From the NCBI GenBank assembly GCA_038256565.1, contig JBBSKG010000003.1, positions 1-46,675 of the forward strand: DNA of 46,675 nt. The letters are read 5' to 3'. A model generated the notes under the pieces. That model searched no databases. It was given only the letters and a program-made list of their open reading frames with translations, and had not been told where the DNA came from. The position numbers and the translations under genes are program-made. Source of the stretch: Acidimicrobiales bacterium (lineage in GTDB: Bacteria > Actinomycetota > Acidimicrobiia > Acidimicrobiales > CADCSY01). Shown in pieces: positions 9,320 to 18,622 of the stretch (its first letter is position 1; every line of letters starts with the position of its first letter).

Positions 9320-9591
9320 TCGGAGCACTTCGTCTCGGCATCAGCACCGACTCCGTCGAGCGCCAGGAAACGTTCTCCGCAAAGCACGGTCTCGACTTTC
9401 CCCTGCTCTCGGACCCCGATCGAGCCATCGCCGCCGCCTTCGGTGTCAAGCGCCCCGGGCCACTGTTCAACCGCCGCGTCACCTTCGTCATCGGAACCGA
9501 TCGGGTCATCATCGAGACCATCACCAGCGAGACCAACATGGATGCCCATGGCGACAGAGCCATCGCCGCGCTGCGGGCGCAGCTGAGCTGA
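9320..9591 (+). pseudogene. bcp: C-terminal half of a BCP/PrxQ peroxiredoxin
   Basis: GALRLGISTDSVERQETFSAKHGLDFPLLSDPDRAIAAAFGV...RRVTFVIG*. Lacks the N-terminal peroxidatic-Cys region. Confidence 0.8.
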
Positions 9592-9709
9592 GAGGCGGCG
9601 AGCTGGCGTGCCCGGGCTCGCCGGCGAATACTCCTCGCTGCCGGCAGGCTGACGATGAGCCGGTCGGACGAGGGTATCCAAAGGAGCACACGTGGAGGTT
9701 CAAATCGGC

Positions 9710-9743
9710 CGATAGGGAGCCGCCCGGAGGCGGCTCCCTATCG
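9710..9743. terminator. Hairpin terminator between the convergent bcp remnant and glnK
   Basis: CGATAGGGAGCCGCC-cgga-GGCGGCTCCCTATCG, perfect 15-bp stem 13 bp after the glnK stop. Confidence 0.8.
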
Positions 9744-9756
9744 TCGTCTGGCGGGT

Positions 9757-10098
9757 TCAGATCGCGTCGGCACCCTTCTCACCGGTGCGGATCCGCTGAA
9801 CGTGGTCGACCAAGGTGACCCAGATCTTGCCGTCGCCGATCTTGCCGGTGTTGGCTGCCTGGGCGATGACAGCGGCGACGCTCTCCGCCTGTTCGGTCGC
9901 CACGAGCACTTCGACCTTGACCTTGGGTACGAAGTCGACGGCGTACTCCGCACCGCGGTAGGTCTCGGTGTGGCCACCCTGGCGGCCGAACCCCTTAACC
10001 TCCGTAATTGTCATCCCGGTGACGCCTGCCCCCTTGAGGGCGTCGTTCACGGAGTCAAGTACGAAGGGCTTGATGACAGCCGTTACGAGGCTAAGCAT
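9757..10098 (-). CDS. glnK: P-II nitrogen regulatory protein
   Basis: [18 protein letters not shown]-loop, [17 protein letters not shown]; directly downstream of amtB. Confidence 0.95.
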   Translation of the reverse strand: MLSLVTAVIKPFVLDSVNDALKGAGVTGMTITEVKGFGRQGGHTETYRGAEYAVDFVPKVKVEVLVATEQAESVAAVIAQAANTGKIGDGKIWVTLVDHVQRIRTGEKGADAI

Positions 10099-10112
10099 AG
10101 TGATCTCCTCTC

Positions 10113-11552
10113 TCAGCCCGTCGTCGACGGGGTGCGGTCAGGGGTGACGCCCGGCATGCCGAGCGTGAGGTGGGTGTCGAGGCCGTAGCCGCTGGTGCCG
10201 TGCTCCTCGACGTCGAGGCCGTTGATCTCCTCCTCCGGGGTGACCCGGAGCCCGATGGTGTGCTTGATAGCCAGGAACAGGAGCCCGGCGACCCCGGCCA
10301 CCCAGATGAAATGCACGCCGATGAAACTCAACTGGGTCCACAGCTGATCGAGACCGCCGCCGTAAAAGAACCCGGCATCCTCACGGCCCAGGAATGCATC
10401 GTCGTACTGGGCGAAGAACGCGATCGACAGGGTGCCGAAGGTGCCGCACACACCATGCACGGAGATGGCACCGACCGGATCGTCGATCTTGAGCCGATCG
10501 AAGAAGGCGACGGCGAACACCACGATCGCACCGCCGATGGCACCGATGATGATGGCGTCACGGGTCGAGACCGCCCCGACGGGTGCCGTGATCGACACCA
10601 GTCCGGCGAGGAGACCGTTCGCCGCCATGGAGACGTCCGGCTTCCCGTCGCGCAGCCAGTTGACGACCATCGCGATGACCGCGCCAGCGCAGCCCGCGAC
10701 GAGGGTCTTCACGGCCAGCTGGCTCACGAAGGAATCGGCGGCGAGCTCAGAGCCCGGGTTGAAACCGAACCAGCCGATGAGCAAGATGAGCGCGCCCAGC
10801 ACCACGAAGGCGATGTTGTGGCCGGGGATCCCCCGGGGCTTGCCGTCAGTGCCGTACTTGCCGATGCGGGGCCCGAGCACGATGGCACCCATCAGGGCAG
10901 CCCACCCGCCAGTGGCGTGCACGATGGTCGAGCCGGCGAAGTCCGAGAACGGGAACTCGCGCTGCGTAAGCCAGCCGCCACCCCAGCTCCAGCTGAGCAC
11001 CACCGGGTAGATGAGGGCGGTGATGACCAGCGAGTAGAAGAAGTACGACTTGAACTTCGTGCGCTCGGCCATGGCACCCGACACGATCGTGGCTGCCGTG
11101 GCGGCAAACGCGGCTTGGAAGAAGAAGAACGTCGCCGGCGACAGGTTAAGTACGGCGATACCCTCAGCGTCCTCGATGCCCGGGATGCCGACGCCCATCC
11201 AGCTGAACCAGCCGCCCAGAGCCTCGTTGCCGAAGCCAATGGAGTAGCCGACCAGAGCGAACGCCAGGACGCCAGCCATGCAGTCCATCAGGTTCTTCAT
11301 CATGATGTTGCCGACGTTCTTGGCCCTGGTGAGGCCAGCCTCAACGAGGGCGAACCCGGCCTGCATGAAGAACACAAGCACACCGGCGAGGAACACCCAG
11401 ATGTTGTCGAGGATGACCTGGCTGGCGAAGCCCTCCTCCTGTGCCGACGCAGGCCCAGCGAAGGCCACCAGGGCGGTCATCGCCACGCCAAGACCGACCA
11501 GGAGCTTGGTCAGCCGCCAGCGACGGCGTTTAGGATCAGGTGGGGCATGCAT
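10113..11552 (-). CDS. amtB: Ammonium transporter
   Basis: [50 protein letters not shown]; N-terminal signal-like segment; AAGGAG RBS. Confidence 0.95.
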   Translation of the reverse strand: MHAPPDPKRRRWRLTKLLVGLGVAMTALVAFAGPASAQEEGFASQVILDNIWVFLAGVLVFFMQAGFALVEAGLTRAKNVGNIMMKNLMDCMAGVLAFALVGYSIGFGNEALGGWFSWMGVGIPGIEDAEGIAVLNLSPATFFFFQAAFAATAATIVSGAMAERTKFKSYFFYSLVITALIYPVVLSWSWGGGWLTQREFPFSDFAGSTIVHATGGWAALMGAIVLGPRIGKYGTDGKPRGIPGHNIAFVVLGALILLIGWFGFNPGSELAADSFVSQLAVKTLVAGCAGAVIAMVVNWLRDGKPDVSMAANGLLAGLVSITAPVGAVSTRDAIIIGAIGGAIVVFAVAFFDRLKIDDPVGAISVHGVCGTFGTLSIAFFAQYDDAFLGREDAGFFYGGGLDQLWTQLSFIGVHFIWVAGVAGLLFLAIKHTIGLRVTPEEEINGLDVEEHGTSGYGLDTHLTLGMPGVTPDRTPSTTG

Positions 11553-11616
11553 GGGTGGGTTTCTCCTTAATGCAGGTGCCGATCACAACAACGGCGCGAC
11601 ACACAAGGCGACGCCA

Positions 11617-11826
11617 TCAGATCAGCAGTCGGCTGCGACCCGGACGGGCCGCAGGATCATCCGGCGCGTTGCGCCGAGAGCGTGACGGCCAGAGCCGGCA
11701 CGGGACTGGGACAAAGCGACCATCGACTGGCGGGGCATCGCCCCACGGAGCCCCGATGGCGCTCGAATCGACGCCCGAGAAGTGCAGCAGCACACTGGGA
11801 AACAAGCCTGCGATCGCTCGCCTCAT
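11617..11826 (-). CDS. Putative 69-aa leader ORF upstream of amtB
   Basis: GGAGGAGG 8 nt before ATG 11826; lies between the GlnR box and amtB; no recognisable family. Confidence 0.35.
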   Translation of the reverse strand: MRRAIAGLFPSVLLHFSGVDSSAIGAPWGDAPPVDGRFVPVPCRLWPSRSRRNAPDDPAARPGRSRLLI

Positions 11827-11897
11827 CGGTGCCACCTCCTCCCACGGTCAGTGACAGGTGCTCCCACCTGTCGTCTGTCTGACAGTAGAGGGACCTG

Positions 11898-11924
11898 GTT
11901 TCAACCTCGTTAGCCCACTGTTAC
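11898..11924 (-). promoter_or_regulatory. GlnR binding site
   Basis: Minus strand GTAAC-N6-CTAAC-N6-GAAAC, matching the actinobacterial GlnR a/b-site spacing; TACTGT -10-like hexamer at 11882-11887. Confidence 0.8.
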
Positions 11925-11941
11925 GAGCGGGGAACCAGTTC

Positions 11942-12130
11942 CTGACGACTTTCTGACGTACTTCTTTCCGACCTCCATCGCCCGCTCGGGTGGTGATGCG
12001 GTCGACCCACAGCGGCTCGATGGGTGGCCGCACGTTCCAGAGCATGGCGAGCGTTCTCGTACGTCAAGGTGGCTACGTCGATCCAGCACCCTCGATCGAT
12101 CACGCCGCTTAAGGTGCCCTGACCAGGGAG
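11942..12130. mobile_element. Possible att/integrase scar next to the tRNA-Ala 3' end
   Basis: Tandem CTGACGACTTT-CTGACGTA (arm-site-like), CCCTGACCAGGG palindrome, and a minus-strand fragment TLTYENARH../NVRPPIEPLWVDRIT loosely resembling a tyrosine-integrase N-domain. Confidence 0.4.
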
Positions 12131-12134
12131 AATT

Positions 12135-12211
12135 TGGTGGAGACGATGGGAATCGAACCCACGACCCCCTGCTTGCAAAGCAGGTGCTCTAGCCAACTGA
12201 GCTACGTCCCC
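12135..12211 (-). tRNA. tRNA-Ala(TGC)
   Basis: GGGGACGTAGCTCAGTTGGCTAGAGCACCTGCTTTGCAAGCAGGGGGTCGTGGGTTCGATTCCCATCGTCTCCACCA; CCA encoded. Confidence 0.97.
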
Positions 12212-12336
12212 TTGAAGGCAATCAGTGCTGCCTTGTTCTGACGTGTGGGACCGGGCAAGCTATAACCAGGCCACGAACAGGGCAAGCCAATCCTAGCGTT
12301 TCTTTCACGACTGCCCTGCAAGAGAGGACCACGGCA

Positions 12337-13599
12337 ATGCTTTCCACCCACACTACTGACTCAAATACTCATGCCAATACAATTCTCAAATCTAACCTGA
12401 ACGAACGTTACTGCCAGGTCCGTTCACTAACTGAATACTTAAGCCAACCGCTGTCGGCCGAAGACCAGTGCATTCAGTCAATGCCTGATGTCAGCCCAAC
12501 AAAATGGCATCGGGCTCATACCTCATGGTTCTTCGAAACCTTCCTGTTGAGTCCGTTGCTCGATGGATACAAAGTCTTTCACCCTGATTATGGGTATCTC
12601 TTCAACTCCTATTACGAAACGGTTGGACCACGCCATGCCCGTCACGAACGAGGTCTGCTCTCCAGACCAAGCGCTGACGAAATCGGCATCTATAGAACCT
12701 ATGTTGACGAAGCTATGGGCACCTTGTTTGACCAGCCTCTTAGCATCGAAAACCAAGAATTAATCGAGCTGGGTCTTCACCACGAACAGCAACATCAAGA
12801 ACTGTTACTCATGGACATCAAACACGTCTTCTGGTCCAACCCAATGCGGCCTCCCTACTCTTTGTCGCCGAACCAGGAGGGCATCGCCCTTGAACCCCCG
12901 GCTCGTCCCAGTACCTCGCCGAGCTGGTTATCCAATCCAGGTGGACTCATTGACATCGGTCACGACCAGACCAGACCAGACACCTTTGCTTTCGACAATG
13001 AGTACCCACGTCATCGAGTCCATCTCAACCCCTTCCTTATTGGTACCTCATTAGTAACCAACGATGAATGGTTGGCCTTCATCGATGATGGTGGCTACAG
13101 CCGTGCTGAACTGTGGACTTCTGATGGCTGGACAACCGCTTGTATCAACCGCTGGGAAGCACCTTTGTACTGGGAGCACAACGGCTCTCAGTGGACGCAT
13201 TTCACGCTTGAGGGGATCAATCCAATCGAACCCAATCGGCCCGTCGTTCATGTGAGCTGGTATGAAGCTGATGCGTATGCCCGTTGGACGGGATGTCGTC
13301 TTCCCACGGAATCAGAATGGGAACAAGCCGCTTTCGCCGAGAGTCCGATCTGTGGATCTCCTCACCAGTGGCATGGCTCAGTCTGGCAATGGACTTCTAG
13401 TGCTTACTCTCCTTATCCCGGTTTTCAGCCAGCAGCGGGAGCGGTCGGCGAATACAACGGAAAGTTCATGGTCAACCAACAAGTACTGCGTGGCAGCGCA
13501 TGGGCAACCCCACCCTCGCACGCTCGCAACACTTACCGAAACTTCTTCCCCCCAAGTGCACGATGGGCCTTTAGCGGCCTGCGATTGGTACAAAACTGA
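12337..13599 (+). CDS. egtB: Ergothioneine biosynthesis sulfoxide synthase
   Basis: QSMPDVSPTKWHRAHTSWFFE, LFNSYY, HHEQQHQEL, C-terminal FGE-sulfatase-like domain (GEYNGKFM, YRNFF). Confidence 0.93.
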   Translation: MLSTHTTDSNTHANTILKSNLNERYCQVRSLTEYLSQPLSAEDQCIQSMPDVSPTKWHRAHTSWFFETFLLSPLLDGYKVFHPDYGYLFNSYYETVGPRHARHERGLLSRPSADEIGIYRTYVDEAMGTLFDQPLSIENQELIELGLHHEQQHQELLLMDIKHVFWSNPMRPPYSLSPNQEGIALEPPARPSTSPSWLSNPGGLIDIGHDQTRPDTFAFDNEYPRHRVHLNPFLIGTSLVTNDEWLAFIDDGGYSRAELWTSDGWTTACINRWEAPLYWEHNGSQWTHFTLEGINPIEPNRPVVHVSWYEADAYARWTGCRLPTESEWEQAAFAESPICGSPHQWHGSVWQWTSSAYSPYPGFQPAAGAVGEYNGKFMVNQQVLRGSAWATPPSHARNTYRNFFPPSARWAFSGLRLVQN

Positions 13600-14594
13600 T
13601 GAGTAAATCGCCTACTAACGACTCCAACATAGATGTCGACGTCAGACTCAAACCTGACGAATTACACCTTGCGCTCATCAACGACGTTCGTCGTGGGCTC
13701 ACCCCCACTCCCAAGCAACTCTCGCCGGTTTGGTTCTATGACGAACGAGGTAGTGACCTCTTCGACCAAATCACTCGGCTTAGCGAGTACTACCCGACCC
13801 GTTCTGAACGATCGATTCTGACTGAACACGCCAAAGAAATTGCGGCTCTATCGAAGGCTGACGTACTAATTGAACTGGGTTCTGGAACCTCAGAAAAAAC
13901 ACGACTGCTGCTCGACGCTTTATCTTCCACTGGACAACTCAAAACTTTCGTGCCCCTTGATGTTTCAGAAGAAACTTTACGTAACGCTGCAACAAACATC
14001 GCCGGTACCTACCCAGGAGTGAGCGTACATGCTGTCGTAGGTGATTTTCATCACCACCTTGACGCACTTCCACTTGAAGGCAAACGTTTGGTGGCTTTTC
14101 TGGGTGGGACCATCGGAAACCTCACCCCAACCGAACGCTCTCGATTTCTGTTTGACATCGATTGCCAACTCAAAGCTGGCGACTCACTATTGCTCGGCAC
14201 CGATCTCGTCAAAGGCCCAGAACGGCTCATTGCGGCATATAACGATACGCAAGGGATAACGGCGGAATTCAATCGCAACCTATTACACGTGTTAAATCGT
14301 GAACTTGGTGCTGACTTTGTGCCCGCACAATTCAAACATGAGGCACGTTGGAACGAAGAACAACGCTGGATCGAAATGTGGTTGATCTCTCAAGTCGACC
14401 AACAAGTCACTATTCCGGCTTGTGACCTCATCATCGACTTCCCGGTCGGGGACGAAATAAGAACCGAAATCAGCACCAAATTCACCACCGAACAAATCAC
14501 CGAAGAACTTGCCGCCGTTGGCCTAACCGTAATGGCTGCCTGGACTGACCCAAACAACGATTTCTTACTAACGCTCTCAACGCCCTACTGCTGA
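13599..14594 (+). CDS. egtD: Histidine N-alpha-trimethyltransferase
   Basis: WFYDERGS.LF..IT.L.EYYPTR, ELGSGTSEKT, AYND..G.TAEFNRN, RTEISTKF; overlaps the egtB stop. Confidence 0.95.
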   Translation: MSKSPTNDSNIDVDVRLKPDELHLALINDVRRGLTPTPKQLSPVWFYDERGSDLFDQITRLSEYYPTRSERSILTEHAKEIAALSKADVLIELGSGTSEKTRLLLDALSSTGQLKTFVPLDVSEETLRNAATNIAGTYPGVSVHAVVGDFHHHLDALPLEGKRLVAFLGGTIGNLTPTERSRFLFDIDCQLKAGDSLLLGTDLVKGPERLIAAYNDTQGITAEFNRNLLHVLNRELGADFVPAQFKHEARWNEEQRWIEMWLISQVDQQVTIPACDLIIDFPVGDEIRTEISTKFTTEQITEELAAVGLTVMAAWTDPNNDFLLTLSTPYC

Positions 14595-14600
14595 GACGCC

Positions 14601-15374
14601 CTACTGCTGGGCACCGGGAATGCCGAATCCTGCCGTCATTCCACCGTCAGCGACGAACTCTGACCCAGTGCAGTACGAACTTTCATCTGAGGCCAAGAAC
14701 GCTGCCAAACGAGCAATCTCAATCGGTTGGCCAATCCGCCCTAGAGGGACCATCTGACTCATCATCTGGTCCAAGGAGGCCGGATCAAACCCTTCCATGT
14801 GGACCATCGGCGTATCGACACCACCTGGATGAATCGAGTTCACTCTGATGCCTAGTGAACCCAGTTCGAGTGCTGCCACTTTGGTCATCCCTCGAACAGC
14901 AAACTTGCTGGCTACATACGCAACCGAACCAGCCATGCCCACCAACCCATCAATGGATGAAATATTGATGATCGAACCACTCTTGTTGGTAGTCATGGTG
15001 GGAATAACCGCTCGCATTCCTAAAAACACACCAACCTGATTGACATTTATCACAGACATGTATTCATCGATAGAGGTTGAAGCAATCGGCGCCAACCGCA
15101 AGATACCTGCGTTGTTGACCAGAATGTCAAGACGCCCAAACTCACTAATTGCCATATCTACAGCGGCGCGCCACCCAACCTCGCTAGTTACATCTAAATG
15201 GCAATAGCGAGACGCGTTCCCAAGGTCCTTCGCTACCACCTGACCCTCGCCCTCAAGTACATCGCCGACTATTACCCGCGCCCCTTGTTCGACGAAATAG
15301 CGAGCCTCGGCCTCACCCATTCCTCTCGCTGCCCCACTAATAAGTGCGACCTTGCCATCAAGCTTGCCCATCAT
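14601..15374 (-). CDS. Short-chain dehydrogenase (3-alpha,20-beta-HSD/FabG3-like)
   Basis: SGAARGMG, NNAG, Y...K (YVASK), RVNSIHPG. Confidence 0.9.
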   Translation of the reverse strand: MMGKLDGKVALISGAARGMGEAEARYFVEQGARVIVGDVLEGEGQVVAKDLGNASRYCHLDVTSEVGWRAAVDMAISEFGRLDILVNNAGILRLAPIASTSIDEYMSVINVNQVGVFLGMRAVIPTMTTNKSGSIINISSIDGLVGMAGSVAYVASKFAVRGMTKVAALELGSLGIRVNSIHPGGVDTPMVHMEGFDPASLDQMMSQMVPLGRIGQPIEIARLAAFLASDESSYCTGSEFVADGGMTAGFGIPGAQQ

Positions 15375-15517
15375 CGACCTCCCATCTAATGACTCGTCAC
15401 CAAGTCATCTGACTACACCAACGCTTTAACCGTACTTTTAGGACGAGGACAGCGAATAGGGGACTTTTCCTCTTTTTAACCAGGTCCACTCTTGGTCAGG
15501 CTCTAGCGTTGCTTGTG

Positions 15518-16675
15518 ATGTCATCCTCAATCGCTCTTGATATAGCCGCTGGTTTACTTGCTCAGCCCACAGTGCCTTTCATCGAAAATCTCCCTGCCTT
15601 ATGGGCTATGGACTTTTCTTCTCATCATGATCTTGATACCCATCGCGACGAGGCAGGCAACGTAGTTGTGACCTACACGGGGTCTCGTGTCCACAAATCA
15701 AACCGACCCCCTCTAGTGCTTGTTGCACATCTCGATCATCCGGGTTTTATCGTCGAGACCATCAAGAACAAAGTTGTTCAACTCGGCTTTCGAGGTGGCC
15801 TCTTGGCATCACATGCCCAGCCAGGTTCGGCCCTTGCCTTCTTTCATGCGACAAGTTCAACCCCGACTGGCTCAGGCATTCTCATCAAAGCCACTAGTGA
15901 CAAGGCGGGTCGACTAACAGGTGGAACTGCTGAAATAACCAACGGTGAAGTTCTCGATCATGGCTTTGCCATGTGGGATTTTCCCGAGACACTTCCAAAC
16001 GGAATACTCATCGACGACAAGCGCATTACGGCTCGTGCATGTGACGACCTATTGGGTGTCGCCGCTATTCTCGCGACCCTTGCCACACTTGCCATAGAGG
16101 CACCTGCCGACATTGCTGTGTGGGGTCTATTAACTCGTAGCGAAGAGATAGGGTTTCTTGGTGCACTTGAAGCTATTCGCTTAAAAACAGTGCCCAGCGA
16201 TTCCCTTGTACTTTCGCTTGAATGTTCTCAGGCTTTGGAGAGTGCTCCCCAAGGTGATGGCGTCATAGTCCGCGTGGGCGATCGCATGAGCATCTTTGAC
16301 CCCCCACTCACCGACGCATTGCGAATAACCGCTGATCAGATCGCTTCTAACAAAACCGCTCCAAACTTTGCTTATCAACGAAAGCTCATGGATGGTGGAG
16401 CGTGTGAAGCTACGGCCTTTTGTGCCGCTGGCTTTCAAGCATCAGGGCTTGCAGTTCCTCTCGGCAATTATCACAACGCAGATGACAATGGCCTCGGTAT
16501 CGCCGCCGAACACGTCTTAATCAGCGATTACCTCAGTGAAGTCACTTTGCTCAGCCAACTAGCACTCGACCCAACTCAGCTCGAGGCTGCTCGAACAAAT
16601 CTCGCCCCCGCTTGGCTGGCCGAACGCACGGCCCAAGCCCGTGAAGCTTTTAACTCGGAACGAAGCGATGCCTGA
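15518..16675 (+). CDS. M20/M28/M42-clan metallohydrolase
   Basis: AHLDHPG, ARACDD, SEEIG, LECS, GNYHN metal-ligand motifs. Start could be GTG 15515 or ATG 15518. Confidence 0.8.
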   Translation: MSSSIALDIAAGLLAQPTVPFIENLPALWAMDFSSHHDLDTHRDEAGNVVVTYTGSRVHKSNRPPLVLVAHLDHPGFIVETIKNKVVQLGFRGGLLASHAQPGSALAFFHATSSTPTGSGILIKATSDKAGRLTGGTAEITNGEVLDHGFAMWDFPETLPNGILIDDKRITARACDDLLGVAAILATLATLAIEAPADIAVWGLLTRSEEIGFLGALEAIRLKTVPSDSLVLSLECSQALESAPQGDGVIVRVGDRMSIFDPPLTDALRITADQIASNKTAPNFAYQRKLMDGGACEATAFCAAGFQASGLAVPLGNYHNADDNGLGIAAEHVLISDYLSEVTLLSQLALDPTQLEAARTNLAPAWLAERTAQAREAFNSERSDA

Positions 16676-17540
16676 ACTACCCGAAATGCAAGCATTGGCT
16701 GAACGGATCCGCGCTGCGGTTGCTAATGGCACCGTTCAGAAAATCGAGCCCTTACAATTTTCTGCAATCAAAACAGTCGAGCCAGACCCAAGCGTGTTGC
16801 TTAACGAACAAATTACTCAAGTAACACGACGTGCAAAGTACTTGATCTGGTCATTCACTTCTCCCAAGGCTCCACGTGTGTTGATGCATCTCTCTCAAGG
16901 AGGGCGAGTGGATATCGAACAACCAGCGAAAGCGACGAAACCCAAAAATAGTGTTGTGCGAATAACGGTTTCGTCTGGAGACAAGGCATCTGGAAACAAA
17001 GCTGATACGACTGGCATCTTTATCAAAGAGTTTGGTCACGAACGTAAGACAGCATGGTGGGTATTAGCACCAGGCGATAATGGTCCGCTTGAAAAACTCG
17101 GCCCCGACATCGACACCCCTGAGGCCATCGAGATATTACGAATGAGCAAAGACTCTCGCCGGGTTCATACGATCTTGCGCGACCAACGAACAGTCGCTGG
17201 GCTCGGGCGCGGTTACAGCAACGACGCTCTTCATAAAGCAAGGCTTTCGCCATATGCCTCGTTAGCTTCACTCGACGCCGACCAACGCGAAAGGCTCATC
17301 GATGCGATTGCCTCAGTCTTAGAAACTGGACTCATCCATGAGCGCCAGCGCAAAGGCGGCCTGCCAGCCAAGGTTGGTGATCACTGGATCGTCCATCACA
17401 AAATGGGAGAGCCGTGTCCAACCTGTAGTGACACATTGCAACGCGTGTCATATGAAAGTTATGAGGTGACCTACTGTCCGGCTTGCCAAACTGAAGGAAA
17501 AATACTCGCCGATCGCCGAATGTCGAGGTTGTTGCGATGA
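16668..17540 (+). CDS. Fpg/Nei-family DNA glycosylase
   Basis: N-terminal MPELPE, RRAKYL, H2TH DQRTVAGLGRGY, zinc finger CPTC...CPACQ. Confidence 0.92.
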   Translation: MPELPEMQALAERIRAAVANGTVQKIEPLQFSAIKTVEPDPSVLLNEQITQVTRRAKYLIWSFTSPKAPRVLMHLSQGGRVDIEQPAKATKPKNSVVRITVSSGDKASGNKADTTGIFIKEFGHERKTAWWVLAPGDNGPLEKLGPDIDTPEAIEILRMSKDSRRVHTILRDQRTVAGLGRGYSNDALHKARLSPYASLASLDADQRERLIDAIASVLETGLIHERQRKGGLPAKVGDHWIVHHKMGEPCPTCSDTLQRVSYESYEVTYCPACQTEGKILADRRMSRLLR

Positions 17541-18622
17541 AATTCAATCTTCCTGTGCTTCCTCCAATTGGGCCCATGTTGGCTAAAGCAGTCAACGAAC
17601 TCCCTTTAGAACCAGGCATGATCTATGAACCTAAATGGGATGGCTTTCGCTGCATCATCTTTCGAGATGGCGACAAAATCGAGCTGTCGAGTCGGGGTGA
17701 ACGGCCGCTGACTCGCTATTTTCCCGAGTTGATCGAAGCCCTATTAAACGATCTTCCACAGCGGTGCGTAGTCGATGGCGAGATTGTCATTGTTGGATCA
17801 CATGGACTCAACTTTGATGCCCTCTTACAGAGGATTCATCCAGCAGACTCACGAGTGCAACGACTTGCACTAGAAACACCCGCTTCATTTGTTGCATTCG
17901 ACCTGATTGCACTCGGTGACGACGACCTACGCAACACCCCTTTTGTCGAACGTCGAATATTGCTGACAAACGCGCTTAGCCAGGCCAAACCGCCTATCTA
18001 TTTAACCCCCGCCACAACCGACCCCGTTATCGCTGCAGATTGGTTCGAACGGTTCGAAGGAGCGGGCCTCGATGGGGTGATGGCCAAGTCAGCATCATTG
18101 AGTTACCTCCCAGATAAACGATTGATGTTCAAGGTAAAACACCAACGGACCGCCGATTGCGTGGTTGGAGGGTTTCGTTGGCACAAAGAAAGTGGAGTGG
18201 GTTCTTTATTGCTCGGGATCTACGACACAGATGGCGTCATGCATCACGTGGGGGTTGCGACTTCATTCACTGCCAAAAGACGTCTGGAGCTAGTCAAAGA
18301 ACTCGCGCCCTGGCGAGATAATGCTCTTGATAACCACCCGTGGGCAGATTGGGCAAAGGCTGCTCAACCAGAAGCAATGAACCATCCAGGACAACGTCTT
18401 CCCGGCGCAACATCACGCTGGAATGCCAAAAAGGACCTTTCTTGGGAGCCCATTCGTGCCGAGCGGGTCGCTGAGGTTGCCTATGACCACCTGCAAGGCG
18501 ACCGTTTCCGACACGCCACTCGTTTAGTCCGCTGGCGCGACGACCGTTCCCCAGATTCATGCACTTACACGCAGCTTGAACAACCCGTTCCCGAAGAACT
18601 CCACCAAGTCTTCAACGCCTAG
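17537..18622 (+). CDS. ligC: ATP-dependent DNA ligase LigC
   Basis: EPKWDGFR, DGEIV, FEGAGLDGVMAK, KVKH.RTADCVV, SRWNA.KDLSW, RFRH. Confidence 0.92.
   Translation: MKFNLPVLPPIGPMLAKAVNELPLEPGMIYEPKWDGFRCIIFRDGDKIELSSRGERPLTRYFPELIEALLNDLPQRCVVDGEIVIVGSHGLNFDALLQRIHPADSRVQRLALETPASFVAFDLIALGDDDLRNTPFVERRILLTNALSQAKPPIYLTPATTDPVIAADWFERFEGAGLDGVMAKSASLSYLPDKRLMFKVKHQRTADCVVGGFRWHKESGVGSLLLGIYDTDGVMHHVGVATSFTAKRRLELVKELAPWRDNALDNHPWADWAKAAQPEAMNHPGQRLPGATSRWNAKKDLSWEPIRAERVAEVAYDHLQGDRFRHATRLVRWRDDRSPDSCTYTQLEQPVPEELHQVFNA

Noticed and set aside
9692-9710. tRNA T-arm-like GGAGGTTCAAATC as a second att site
   Set aside because: The stem does not close and it does not match the tRNA-Ala or tRNA-Ile 3' ends.
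10170-11570. 466-aa plus-strand ORF, and similar long ORFs such as 689-1321, 4234-4923, 7896-8693, 8707-9681 and 24641-25294
   Set aside because: Antisense shadows of real genes or pseudogenes, expected from codon bias; no motifs of their own.
11921-12196. 91-aa minus-strand ORF MARAPALQAGGRGFDSHRLH..
   Set aside because: Its 5' part is a translation of tRNA-Ala.
12337-13599. Selenoneine (senA) or ovothiol (ovoA) biosynthesis
   Set aside because: No senB/selD neighbours and no C-terminal methyltransferase domain; egtD adjacency supports ergothioneine.
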